Shown here: one piece after another, positions 1 through 9,306 of the stretch | How the letters are laid out: every line of letters starts with the position of its first letter | Position numbering within the stretch: position 1 is the first letter of the stretch | Assembly (NCBI GenBank): GCA_033762915.1 | Contig: JANRLD010000047.1 | Location: 25,861 to 89,860, forward strand | Direction: 5' to 3' | From: Meiothermus sp. | GTDB lineage: Bacteria; Deinococcota; Deinococci; Deinococcales; Thermaceae | Length of the DNA: 64,000 nt | The notes under the pieces: generated by a model | The model's database searches: none | Seen by the model: the letters and a program-made list of their open reading frames with translations, nothing else | Told to the model about the DNA's origin: nothing | Position numbers and translations under genes: made by a program

Positions 1-27
1 GCGGTCGGGGAGGTTTATGCTTGTGGG

Positions 28-471
28 GTGAAGGCAGTTTACTGGGTGGTTTTGCTCGGGCTCGCCTTGGCCCAGCAGGTACCCGTGCCCCCTACGCGCC
101 CGCCCGACGAGCCCTGGTGGACGCAGGTGCTGCTCGACGTGCGCCTCGAAGGTCGCCCACGGGCGGGGATGCGGATTGACCTGCTGCCCGGCCCCGACCA
201 TGCAGACCGCAGCCCAATCACCCGCATCACCGACGCCGACGGGCGAGCAAGCTGGCGGGAGATCCCCAAGGGTTCGTGGAGTTTGCGCCTCCTCGACCCT
301 ACACGCGGACTCGACCTGCGGGCCCCGCTCAATCCCTGTAGCTTTCCGATCCTCTATGGGGACTTTTCAGTTGAATGGATAACCGACAGCACCTTCGGCC
401 CGCCCGGCGCGGTCTGGGCGGCCAAGTCCTGCAGCGCCAGCCCTACGGCCAGGCGGGCGACTACCCGGTGA
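28..471 (+). CDS. Hypothetical exported protein (possible beta-sandwich domain)
   Basis: Signal peptide ending LALA-Q; 'ITDADGRASW..IPKGSWSL' resembles prealbumin-like/carboxypeptidase-regulatory folds; GGAGG upstream. Confidence 0.5.
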   Translation: MKAVYWVVLLGLALAQQVPVPPTRPPDEPWWTQVLLDVRLEGRPRAGMRIDLLPGPDHADRSPITRITDADGRASWREIPKGSWSLRLLDPTRGLDLRAPLNPCSFPILYGDFSVEWITDSTFGPPGAVWAAKSCSASPTARRATTR

Positions 472-580
472 CCCGCCAGCACCCGCGCCAAATTTCGCTG
501 ATCCGCTCAAGACCTGCCTCGAGCAGACCATGGGGTATTTGGGGTTTGGGGAAGATTCTCGAGGGGTCAACGACCGGCGC

Positions 581-1252
581 TCAGGGCCCCGTGGCCCGGT
601 AGCGCTTGACCGGGCGGCCCAGCCTGCCGTAGCTCAGCTCGAGCACCGCCGAGCCGGTGTGTAGAAGGTGCTCGAGGTAGCGCCAGGCGGTCACGCGGCT
701 CAGGCCCATGCGCTCGCCCAGCTCCTCGGCACTGAGGGGCTCGGCGGAGTGGGTCAGAACGTGCTGGACCTGCTCGAGGGTGGCAGCATCTATGCCCTTG
801 GGCAGCAGTTGGCTCGAGCGGAAACCCAGCAGCCGGTCTAGCTTGGTCTGGGTGAAGGTAGCCCCGGCCTGCTGTGCCGTTCGGCGCTGGAGGTAGCGCT
901 CGAGGGCCTCCCTCAGGCGGGGCTGCTGGAAGGGCTTGATCAGATAGTCCAACACCCCTTCGTGCAAGGCCTGCTGCACCGAGGGGAGGTCGTTGGCGGC
1001 GGTGATCATCACCACTTCGGGCGAGGGGGTCTGCTCGCGCAACTCGCGCACCAGCTCGAGGCCCGTGCCGTCGGGCAGGTACACATCCACCAGCAGTAGG
1101 TCGGGGCGCAGGGCCGCCGCCAGCTCGCGGGCCTGGCCCGCCGTCTCGGCGTGGCCCACCACCGCGAAACCCTCCACCGCCTCCACCATCACCCGGTTGA
1201 GCCGGGCCACCCACAGGTCGTCCTCGACCAGGAGTACTCGAGTCGTCTTCAC
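581..1252 (-). CDS. CitB/DcuR-family response regulator
   Basis: Receiver domain (VEDD, LVDVYLPD, KP) and C-terminal HTH (LSRVTAWRYLEHL); 4-bp overlap with the kinase gene. Confidence 0.93.
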   Translation of the reverse strand: MKTTRVLLVEDDLWVARLNRVMVEAVEGFAVVGHAETAGQARELAAALRPDLLLVDVYLPDGTGLELVRELREQTPSPEVVMITAANDLPSVQQALHEGVLDYLIKPFQQPRLREALERYLQRRTAQQAGATFTQTKLDRLLGFRSSQLLPKGIDAATLEQVQHVLTHSAEPLSAEELGERMGLSRVTAWRYLEHLLHTGSAVLELSYGRLGRPVKRYRATGP

Positions 1253-2868
1253 GGGGTCTCCAGGCTGGGCAGACTGATCTGGAAGACGGTATGAGCGCCG
1301 CGCCGGAAGTGCCGCAGGGTTCCGCCCAGGCCCTCGACCTGCTGCCGGGCCAGGCTAAGCCCCAGCCCCCGGTGGTCGCCCTTGGTGGAGAAGCCCCGCT
1401 CGAAGACCTTTTCCGCCAGCGCGGCGGGAACCCCCGCGCCGTTGTCCGAGACCTCGAGCTGCAGGCCCTCGGGGTCCTCGCCGATGAGCAGACGCACTTG
1501 CTTGGGCCGCGACTTGGGGTTGTGCTGCACGGCCTCGAGTGCGTTTTCTAGCAGGTTGCCCAGCGCCCGCTCGAGGGCCTCGGAGTGCTCGGCCCAGACC
1601 GGGCGGATGGCCGAGCCTGGCTCGAGGGTGAAGTCGATGCCAAGCTCCCTGGCGCGCTCGTACTTGCCGATGATCAAGGCCGCCAGCTTGGGCACCGCGA
1701 TGTCGGCGATGAACTCCCGCAGGGCCTTGGATGCCTGGGCCTCGGAGCCGATCACCCCCAGGGCCTCCTCGGGCTTGCCCAGTTGAATCAAGCCTGCGAT
1801 GGTGTGCAGGCGGTTCATGAACTCGTGGGTCTGGGCACGCAGCAGGTCGGCATAGCGGCGGGTCTGGGTCAGCTCCTCGGCCATCTGCACGATCTCGGCG
1901 CGGTCGCGGAAGGTCGCCAGGTACTGCCCGTCGGTCATGCGGAACAGGCTCACCAGTACCGGCAGCCCACCCAGTTGGAAGGGGGCGTTCTCGAGGTTTG
2001 GCCCGCCCAGCAGCCCGCTCTGTCCCAGCTCGGGCCACACCGCGTCCAGGCCCACCGGCAGACTCAGGCCGGAGTCCAGGCGCAGCAGTTCCACCGCCTT
2101 GGGGTTGAGGAGCTGAATCTGCCCTGTTCGGCTCACCACCATCACCCCCTCGTGCAGCGCCCCCAGGACGGCGCGGTGCTGCTGTACCAAGGCGGCGATC
2201 TGTTCGGGCTCGAGGTTCAAAATGTCTCGCTTGATGCGGCGGCTGACCAGGGCACTGCTGGCCAGCGCGAAAAGCAGCGCCAGGCCAAACCAGGGCAGCA
2301 GATTCTGGCTCACCTGCGCGGTAATGCTCTGCACGGTGGGCAGCAGGTAGCCGGTCGAGACCACCCCGATCACCCTGCCCTCCCGCCAGACCGGCACCTT
2401 GCCCCGGATGGCGGCCCCAAGGCTGCCGGTGGCCACACTGACAATCTCCTTACCCGCCAGCGGCTCGGCGTTGTCGCCCCCCACCATCGGCTTGCCCAGG
2501 CGGTCGGGCAGCGGGTGCGAGAGGCGAATTTCGTTGACGTCCCCCACTACGATATAGTCGGCCCCCACCTGGGCGCGGATGCGGTTGGCCAGGGGGTTGA
2601 TAGTTCGGGAAGGATCGGAGTCGTCGAAGGCCTCGATAATGCTGGGGATCTGAGCCACCGTGCGCGAGATCGCCAGGGCCCGCTGGCCATACTCGTGCTG
2701 GATGGACTGGCGCAGCACATGCACCTGCACCGCCCCCAGGATCAGGGTGAGGAGGCTAAAGACCAGCACCTGAAGCAGCAGCAGCCGGGTCTGAATTCCT
2801 AGGCCCCGCCGCAGGGCGTGCTTGGGGATCAGGTCTACAAAGGTCTCTTTAGGCGCTAGGGTGGCCAC
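1249..2868 (-). CDS. CitA/DcuS-family sensor histidine kinase
   Basis: Two TM helices around a periplasmic sensor (RLSHP, GSLG..IRGK), PAS-like region, H-box RAQTHEFMNRLH, HATPase N/G boxes. Confidence 0.93.
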   Translation of the reverse strand: MATLAPKETFVDLIPKHALRRGLGIQTRLLLLQVLVFSLLTLILGAVQVHVLRQSIQHEYGQRALAISRTVAQIPSIIEAFDDSDPSRTINPLANRIRAQVGADYIVVGDVNEIRLSHPLPDRLGKPMVGGDNAEPLAGKEIVSVATGSLGAAIRGKVPVWREGRVIGVVSTGYLLPTVQSITAQVSQNLLPWFGLALLFALASSALVSRRIKRDILNLEPEQIAALVQQHRAVLGALHEGVMVVSRTGQIQLLNPKAVELLRLDSGLSLPVGLDAVWPELGQSGLLGGPNLENAPFQLGGLPVLVSLFRMTDGQYLATFRDRAEIVQMAEELTQTRRYADLLRAQTHEFMNRLHTIAGLIQLGKPEEALGVIGSEAQASKALREFIADIAVPKLAALIIGKYERARELGIDFTLEPGSAIRPVWAEHSEALERALGNLLENALEAVQHNPKSRPKQVRLLIGEDPEGLQLEVSDNGAGVPAALAEKVFERGFSTKGDHRGLGLSLARQQVEGLGGTLRHFRRGAHTVFQISLPSLETP

Positions 2869-3006
2869 GCTGAATCTCCGGCAGTTCCCTCCAGCTTATT
2901 GCTTCGGGCTACAAAGCCAAGGGGGTTGTCGTGAACTTTACTTACAGAAACTTGACTAGAATTGGTCTGAGGTTAGACTCGAGGAACCAACCCATCAGGA
3001 GGAGAC

Positions 3007-3972
3007 ATGAAGCTAAAGGCGATTCTCGGTTTGGCTGTTTTGGGCGGTGTGGCGCTGGCGCAGTTTACCCCCCGCAACGCGGAGTGCATCGCGCCGGCAG
3101 GCGCGGGCGGCGGCTGGGACTTCACCTGCCGTCAGGTGGCCCAGGTGATGCTAGACCTCAAGCTGGTGGGACAGCCCATCAAGACCACCAACGTGACCGG
3201 CGCGGGCGGCGGGGTAGCCTACGCCAACGTGGTGACGCAGCGTGGCGACGACGCCAACCTGATTGTGGCGGCCAGCCCGGCCACCACGGTGCGGCTGGCC
3301 CAGGCCCAGTTTAGCCGCTTCACCGAGCGCGACGTGCGCTGGCTGGGCGCGGTGGCGGCCGACTTCGGGCTGGTGGCGGTCAAGGCCGATGCCCCCTGGA
3401 AGAACATGCAAGAGCTGGCCGCAGCCTGGAAGGCCGACCCCTCCAAGATTGCGGTGGCGGGCGGCAGCGCTGTGGGTGGGCAGGACCATATGAAGGTGCT
3501 GCTGCTGGGCCGGGCCATCGGGATCGAGCCGAGGGCGATTAAGTACGTTCCCTTCGACGGCGGCGGCCAGGCCATCACCAGCCTGCTGGGCGGCTTCGTG
3601 CAGATTTTCGCCGGTGACGCCTCGGAACTGCGCGCACAGCTCGAGGCCGGAACCGTGCGGGTGCTGGGCATGATGTCCCCCCGCCGCCTGCCCGCCCCCT
3701 ACGCCAGCGTACCCACCATGCGCGAGCTGGGCTACAACGTGGAGTGGGTGGTGTGGCGCGGCTTCTACGTGCCCAAGAGCATGCCCGCCCCCGCCTACGA
3801 CTTCTGGGCTAGGGCCTTGCGGCAGGTCGAGCGCAGCCAGGAGTGGGCCAAGATCCGCGATCAGAACAGCCTGGGCCAGTTCTTCATGACCGGCGCGGAG
3901 TTCCAGGTCTTCATCGACCGCCAGGTGAACCAGTTCAGGAACCTCTCTCGAGAACTGGGGATCATTAAGTAG
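3007..3972 (+). CDS. tctC: Tripartite tricarboxylate transporter substrate-binding protein
   Basis: Signal peptide, PAGAGGGWD motif, GAGG, WRG; AGGAGG RBS. Confidence 0.93.
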   Translation: MKLKAILGLAVLGGVALAQFTPRNAECIAPAGAGGGWDFTCRQVAQVMLDLKLVGQPIKTTNVTGAGGGVAYANVVTQRGDDANLIVAASPATTVRLAQAQFSRFTERDVRWLGAVAADFGLVAVKADAPWKNMQELAAAWKADPSKIAVAGGSAVGGQDHMKVLLLGRAIGIEPRAIKYVPFDGGGQAITSLLGGFVQIFAGDASELRAQLEAGTVRVLGMMSPRRLPAPYASVPTMRELGYNVEWVVWRGFYVPKSMPAPAYDFWARALRQVERSQEWAKIRDQNSLGQFFMTGAEFQVFIDRQVNQFRNLSRELGIIK

Positions 3973-3985
3973 CAGACGTCTTATG

Positions 3986-4029
3986 GCCGGCAGCTGATAG
4001 CTAAGGTGACCTAGCTATCAGCTGCCGGC
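3986..4029. repeat. Perfect 18-bp stem-loop between tctC and tctB
   Basis: GCCGGCAGCTGATAGCTA, 8-nt loop, TAGCTATCAGCTGCCGGC; likely mRNA stabiliser or partial terminator. Confidence 0.8.
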
Positions 4030-4048
4030 TATAGGCGATAGGCCCTTT

Positions 4049-4480
4049 ATGGCTGACCGTATCGTAGGCGCACTGATTTTGATGCTGGCCATCGGGTATG
4101 CGGTGGTGGGTAGCCGCATGGTGGGGGGCTTCCTCTCCGACCCGCTGGGGCCGCGGCCCTTCCCCTATCTGATCGCCACCCTCATGGGCCTGTCGGCGCT
4201 CTGGTTGCTGGCACGACCCGACCCCAACCCCTCCTGGCCCAAGAAGGAATTCTGGCTGTCCTTTGGTCTGGTGCTCGTGAGCCTAGTGGCCTACGCCTAC
4301 CTGATCGTTCCGCTGGGCTTCATCATCACCACCACCCTCGAGATGACCCTGCTCTCGGTCCTCTTCGGCGCGCGCTGGTGGCAGGGGCTGGGCGGCGGGC
4401 TGGCTTTCACGCTTTCGATCTATTTCCTCTTCACCCAGGGGTTGGGCGTGACCCTGCCCACCGGGCGCATCTTCGGGTGA
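4049..4480 (+). CDS. tctB: Tripartite tricarboxylate transporter small membrane subunit
   Basis: Four TM helices, DPLGPRPFP motif, C-terminal LPTG; lies between tctC and tctA. Confidence 0.9.
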   Translation: MADRIVGALILMLAIGYAVVGSRMVGGFLSDPLGPRPFPYLIATLMGLSALWLLARPDPNPSWPKKEFWLSFGLVLVSLVAYAYLIVPLGFIITTTLEMTLLSVLFGARWWQGLGGGLAFTLSIYFLFTQGLGVTLPTGRIFG

Positions 4481-4484
4481 ACGC

Positions 4485-6017
4485 ATGGATATCCTTCAAG
4501 CTCTGCTTAACGGTTTCGGGGTGGCGTTCCAGCCGCTCAACCTGCTGCTGGTGGCCCTGGGCTGCCTGGTCGGCACCCTCATCGGCGTGCTGCCCGGTAT
4601 CGGCCCCATCAGCGGCGTCGCGCTGCTGGTGCCCCTGACCTTCGCGCTTAAGATGCCCCCCGAGTCGGCCCTGATCCTGCTGGCGGGCATCTACTACGGG
4701 GCCATGTACGGCGGCTCCACCACCAGCATTCTGCTCAACATCCCCGGCGAGACCTCCTCAGTGGTGACGGCCATCGACGGCAACAAGATGGCCAAGTCTG
4801 GGCGGGCCGGGCCGGCCCTGGCGATTGCGGCCTGGGGCTCCTTCATCGCCGGGACGCTGTCGGTGGTGGGGCTGATGACCCTGGGGCCGCTGCTGGCCCA
4901 GTGGGCCATCCGCTTTGGGCCAGCGGAATACTTCGCCCTGATGGTTTTCGGCTTCTCGACCCTCTCGGCCCTGGCGGGCCGCAACATGTTCAAGGCCCTG
5001 ATCGCCACCGCCTTCGGGCTGATGCTGGCCACGGTAGGGCAGGACCCGCAGTCCGGGATCTCGCGCTACACCTTCGGGCTGCTGCAGCTCGAGGACGGCA
5101 TGGACTTCCTGATCGTGGCCATCGGGCTGTTCGCGGTCAGCGAGGTGCTGATGATCCTCGAGGACAAGGCTCCCGGAGCCATCCGCGCCCAGGTGGGGCG
5201 TATTTACATTAGCTTCAAGGACTTTACCACCTCCATCACCACCATCATCCGCAGCAGTGTGTTGGGCTTCCTGATCGGGGTGCTGCCCGGGGCCGGGGCC
5301 AGCATCGCGGCCTTCGTGGCCTACACCACCGAGAAGCGCATCCTGGGCGCGAAGGGCCGCTTCGGCGAAGGCGACATTCGGGGGGTGGCGGCCCCCGAGT
5401 CGGCCAACAACGCAGCGGCCGGCGGGGCTTTGATTCCCCTGCTCACGCTGGGCCTGCCCGGCAGCGGCACCACCGCCATCATGCTGGGTGCCCTGGTGAG
5501 CCTGGGCGTGACGCCGGGGCCGCAGATGTTCGAGCAGCACCCCAACGTGGTCTGGGGCCTGATCGCCTCGATGTACGTGGGCAACCTGATCCTGCTGCTC
5601 TTGAACCTGCCGCTGGTGGGCCTGTTCGTGCGGCTGCTCCAGGTGCCCTCCTGGTTCCTGATTCCAGCCGTACTGGCAATCAGCTTCATCGGGGTCTATG
5701 CGGTCAACAACAACCCCTTCGACCTGCTACTAATGGCCATCTTCGGCATGCTGGGCTACCTGATGCGCAAATTCGACTTCCCCCTGGCCCCGGTACTGCT
5801 GGGCCTGGTGCTGGGCTACCTGATGGAGATCAACCTCCGCCGCGCCCTCACCCTGAGCAACGGGAATCCCTCGGGCCTATTCGTCAACCCCATCAGCGGC
5901 GAGGTGAGCATCATCGCCGTATCGCTGTGGGTGCTGGCCGCGCTCTCGCTGTTCGCCCCGGCAATTCTGGCCCGATTCAGGAAGCAGGGTTTGGGCAGCG
6001 GTGATGAAGAGATGTAG
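4485..6017 (+). CDS. tctA: Tripartite tricarboxylate transporter permease
   Basis: GVLPGIG, YYGAMYGGS, PESANNA and LGLPGS motifs. Confidence 0.95.
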   Translation: MDILQALLNGFGVAFQPLNLLLVALGCLVGTLIGVLPGIGPISGVALLVPLTFALKMPPESALILLAGIYYGAMYGGSTTSILLNIPGETSSVVTAIDGNKMAKSGRAGPALAIAAWGSFIAGTLSVVGLMTLGPLLAQWAIRFGPAEYFALMVFGFSTLSALAGRNMFKALIATAFGLMLATVGQDPQSGISRYTFGLLQLEDGMDFLIVAIGLFAVSEVLMILEDKAPGAIRAQVGRIYISFKDFTTSITTIIRSSVLGFLIGVLPGAGASIAAFVAYTTEKRILGAKGRFGEGDIRGVAAPESANNAAAGGALIPLLTLGLPGSGTTAIMLGALVSLGVTPGPQMFEQHPNVVWGLIASMYVGNLILLLLNLPLVGLFVRLLQVPSWFLIPAVLAISFIGVYAVNNNPFDLLLMAIFGMLGYLMRKFDFPLAPVLLGLVLGYLMEINLRRALTLSNGNPSGLFVNPISGEVSIIAVSLWVLAALSLFAPAILARFRKQGLGSGDEEM

Positions 6018-6142
6018 CGTCTGTCGAGGATCGAGAGCCAAAAGCGAACTCGCGAACAGCAAACCCCACGCGGGCTGAAGAGCATGTTGTGGTCTGGCGG
6101 TCTGTGACTTTTGCCCATCTTGCTCGTGGGGGTGAGGGAGGT

Positions 6143-6197
6143 GTTGGAGGGGGAAAGGGGGGCGGGGGGCGAACCCTGCCCCCTTACCCCCTCCAAC
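6143..6197. repeat. Long GC-rich hairpin in the convergent intergenic region
   Basis: GTTGGAGGGG...CCCCTCCAAC closing a stem of about 25 bp. Confidence 0.65.
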
Positions 6198-6323
6198 TGG
6201 TGTGAAGGCACCCGAAACGCAATCACTAGCCTCACGTTCGTCGGCAACAGGTTTCCCCTGACCCGAATCTTTCTGGTGAGAGGGCCGCCACAAGGGACGC
6301 CCCTTCGAAAGAGGTAAGGGGTT

Positions 6324-6360
6324 ACAAAGAAAGGGCGGGGGCTCTCGCGAGCCCCCGCCC
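6324..6360 (-). terminator. Intrinsic terminator of the DEAD-box helicase gene
   Basis: 12-bp stem GGGCGGGGGCTC/GAGCCCCCGCCC followed by TTTCTTTGT on the minus strand. Confidence 0.8.
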
Positions 6361-6374
6361 CAAAAACCATTTGT

Positions 6375-8192
6375 TTAGCGGAACACCACGCGCCGACGCT
6401 CGCCGCTGGGGCGGTCTTCGCTACGCTGCTCACGGCGCTCGCCCTGGAGACCGCCGCTGCGGCTGCCGCCTTGGCCGCCTTGGCCACCCTGGCGCTCGCG
6501 GAAGCTGTTCTGACCGCCTTGGCCTTGGCTCGAGCCGCCCTGGCGCTCTCCCCGGAAGCCGCCCTGACCGCCACCCTGACCGCCGCCCTGGCGGCTGCCG
6601 TACGGGCGCCCGCCCTGGCCCTGCGAGCGGTTACCCCTGAAGCCGCCCTGGCCACGGCCCTGACTGCCGTCGCCCTGGGCCGAGGCAGGGATCTCCACGG
6701 CCTTCATCAGCTTGAGGTCGCGCAGGGTGGAGTGGTCGAGCTTGGGGTAGTCCTCGGCGCGGATGTCGGCGTAGGCGGTGGCCTCGCCGTCGAGGCGGAT
6801 GCGCCCGACCTCGCTGGCCCCGGCCCCGCGCAACACCGCCATCACCCGGTTGACGGCCAGGCGGCTGCCCCACAGCTTGACGGTCAGCCAGCCCTCCTCG
6901 CCGGTGATGAGGCTCTTGACGGCGGGAGCGCCACCCAGAATCATCGCCAGCAAGCCCGCCACCGCGTCGGCGCCACCCTCGGCAACCAGCCGCTCGGCCT
7001 GCTCGATCCAGACCGCTTTGTCGGCCTGGGACTGCTTGGCGATACGCCGGGCCAGCACCGCCCACTTGGCCTCAACCACCTCTTCCGGGGTGGGGCCGTT
7101 AATGCGCTTGAAGCTGCGCTTCACCTCGCGCTCGAGCTGCTCCAACTCACGGCGCTCTCTGGGGCCGTAGAGGATCACCACCTTGCCGCTGCGCCCGGCC
7201 CGGCCCGTGCGGCCCGAGCGGTGCAGGTACGACTCGTTCTGGTCGGGCAAACGGTAGTGAACCACCAGGTCTACTTCAGGGATGTCAATGCCGCGTGCGG
7301 CCACGTCGGTGGCCACCAGTACGCTGATGCTGCCGCTGCGGAAGCGCTCCATCACCCGCTCGCGATCGATCTGGCCCATGTCGCCGTGAATGGGGGCCGC
7401 GCCGTGGCCCTTGCCCTCGAGGCCCATGGCCAGGTCGTTACACTCGGCCTTGGTGGAGGTGAACACGATGGTGCGCTCGGGGGCGTAGGCGTAGAGCAGG
7501 TCAGAGAGCATCGGCAGGCGGCTCTGCACGGGGGTCTGGACAGCCAGTTCCTCGTAGGAGATGGCCTCATCCTTCATCACATTAACCAGCACCGCCTCGC
7601 GCTGGTAGCGCTCGGAGAGCTTCCGCGCCCAGTTGGGCACGGTGGCCGAGAAGAGCATGGTCTGGCGGCCAGCGGGGGTGGACTCCAGGAGTTGCTCCAC
7701 GGCCTCCTCGAAGCCAATCGAGAGCATCTCGTCGGCCTCGTCGAGCACGGCGATCTCGACCCTGGAGAGGTCCAAGACACGCTGCTCCATGTAGTCAATG
7801 GCGCGGCCGGGGGTGGCGACCACCACGTCGGTGCCGCGCTTGAGGGCCTCGGCCTGACGCCCGTAACCGGTGCCGCCGTAGATGGGGGTGATCACCAGAT
7901 GGGGGGCCAGCCACTCGAGTTCCTTGGCCACCTGCAAGGCCAGCTCGCGGGTGGGGGTGAGAATGAAGGCGCGGGGGGTGCGGCCCCGGGTGCGGTCGGC
8001 GTCGAGCTTGTTGGCCACCGGCACCCCGAAGGCCAGGGTCTTGCCGGTGCCGGTGCGGGCCTGGCCCAGCACGTCCTTGCCCTCGAGGGCCAGGGGGATG
8101 GCGTTGGCCTGGATGGGGGTGGGGGTGGCAAAGCCTTTGGTCTGGATGGCCTGAGCAACCTCAGACCGCAACGTAAGATCGGAAAATTCCAT
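6375..8192 (-). CDS. DEAD-box RNA helicase (Hera-like) with Gly/Gln/Arg-rich tail
   Basis: Q motif, ARTGTGKT, PTRELA, DEAD, SAT, ARGID, HRSGRTGRAG; low-complexity C-terminus. Confidence 0.95.
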   Translation of the reverse strand: MEFSDLTLRSEVAQAIQTKGFATPTPIQANAIPLALEGKDVLGQARTGTGKTLAFGVPVANKLDADRTRGRTPRAFILTPTRELALQVAKELEWLAPHLVITPIYGGTGYGRQAEALKRGTDVVVATPGRAIDYMEQRVLDLSRVEIAVLDEADEMLSIGFEEAVEQLLESTPAGRQTMLFSATVPNWARKLSERYQREAVLVNVMKDEAISYEELAVQTPVQSRLPMLSDLLYAYAPERTIVFTSTKAECNDLAMGLEGKGHGAAPIHGDMGQIDRERVMERFRSGSISVLVATDVAARGIDIPEVDLVVHYRLPDQNESYLHRSGRTGRAGRSGKVVILYGPRERRELEQLEREVKRSFKRINGPTPEEVVEAKWAVLARRIAKQSQADKAVWIEQAERLVAEGGADAVAGLLAMILGGAPAVKSLITGEEGWLTVKLWGSRLAVNRVMAVLRGAGASEVGRIRLDGEATAYADIRAEDYPKLDHSTLRDLKLMKAVEIPASAQGDGSQGRGQGGFRGNRSQGQGGRPYGSRQGGGQGGGQGGFRGERQGGSSQGQGGQNSFRERQGGQGGQGGSRSGGLQGERREQRSEDRPSGERRRVVFR

Positions 8193-8392
8193 GACTAAGC
8201 GTCCTTTTTGGGGTGCGTGGGCTAACAGCCACTGTGGGCGGAAGCGCTATGCGCCAGCTAACCCTATCGGGTTCGAGCCGCTCATCCCAGAAAGAACACC
8301 ATTGTCCCAACTTTTGCCTGGAGGAGGATGTACGGCTTTTGTGAACCATGCGCCGGACTGCACCCTGCGGTGTCGGATGGCGCAACCCTAGC

Positions 8393-8449
8393 AGTGTGGG
8401 GGATAGTGAAAGTTTTGTCAAGGGGATTGTTAATATGCATATTGACAAT
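8393..8449 (-). promoter_or_regulatory. Helicase promoter with upstream 24-bp palindrome
   Basis: Minus strand TTGACA (8421-8416), 17 bp, CACACT (8398-8393); palindrome ATTGTTAATATG/CATATTGACAAT at 8426-8449. Confidence 0.55.
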
Positions 8450-8561
8450 GCATGCCGACTGGCGGTGGCGATCGTCCCGCCTCGGCCAGCGCAGCGACGA
8501 GAAAAACCTCCTCAAACGGGGCGCTCGAGGCCAAAACCGAAACAGACAGAAGGCCCGGCCC

Positions 8562-9131
8562 TTACCCGTTGTGGTAGGCCTCCCACTCGTCCTTAGCGAT
8601 CTCCATCGGGACGAACTCGGGCCGGGGGGCCAGGCCGAAGTTGAAGCGGGGCGGGGGGTTGGGGTTGGCAACGAGGCGGAAGCCGGACTTCTCGAAGGCG
8701 CGCTGGGCGCGGACGTTGTGCTTGTAGGTGCGGAGCTTGACCTTGCGCAGACCCATCTTGGTAAAGCCATACTGGAGCACCGCCCGCACCGCGTCGGTGC
8801 CGTAGCCCTTGCCCCACCTCGCCTTGGCCCCGATCAGGATGCCCAGGGTGGCCTCGTTGCGGCTCAGCTCGTACAGTTCGACCGTACCCAGCCACTCTCC
8901 GCACTCGTCCAGAATCCCGAAACCCAGCCGGTCGCCCCGGCTGACCTCGCCCATCACCACCCGCTTGAACAGCCACAGCGGCATCTTGAGCGGGCGACTG
9001 CCGTTCCACTCGGCGATCTCGGGGTCGCGGAAGCAGTCGTAGAAGCGCCGCCACTCCTCGTCGGTGAGGGTCTCGGTGAAGGGCTTGAGCGTTACCTTGC
9101 CCACCTTGGGCCAGGTGTCAGAGAGCAGCAC
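8562..9131 (-). CDS. GNAT (RimJ/RimL-type) N-acetyltransferase
   Basis: WGKGYGTDA motif A and N.RA.R.FEKSGF; TAGACT 6 nt before the GTG start. Confidence 0.88.
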   Translation of the reverse strand: MLLSDTWPKVGKVTLKPFTETLTDEEWRRFYDCFRDPEIAEWNGSRPLKMPLWLFKRVVMGEVSRGDRLGFGILDECGEWLGTVELYELSRNEATLGILIGAKARWGKGYGTDAVRAVLQYGFTKMGLRKVKLRTYKHNVRAQRAFEKSGFRLVANPNPPPRFNFGLAPRPEFVPMEIAKDEWEAYHNG

Positions 9132-9306
9132 GGTACTAGTCTAGCAAAAGGCGGGCAGGGGCAGCGGGAGAGGTTAGAGGCGAAAGAGCGCAGCGAATCC
9201 CGCCGCTCTGGGGGCGCCTTGAAACCAGGCCTTCTCCCCCTCCTCCCCCTCTCCCATCTGTCCCCCGACACCTATTCCCCTGACCCAACGCCCTACAATA
9301 GACGCT

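Noticed and set aside
6400..6680. Repetitive GC-rich DNA at the 3' end of the helicase gene
   Set aside because: It encodes the Gly/Gln/Arg-rich tail typical of DEAD-box helicases
6471..8198. Long antisense or alternative-frame ORFs (575 aa here; also 16577-18772, 25673-28222, 39596-41083, 46221-47813)
   Set aside because: Shadow ORFs opposite well-supported genes, expected in high-GC DNA
8260..8290. GGTTCGAGCC, resembling a tRNA T-arm
   Set aside because: No acceptor stem, D-arm or anticodon arm can be folded around it
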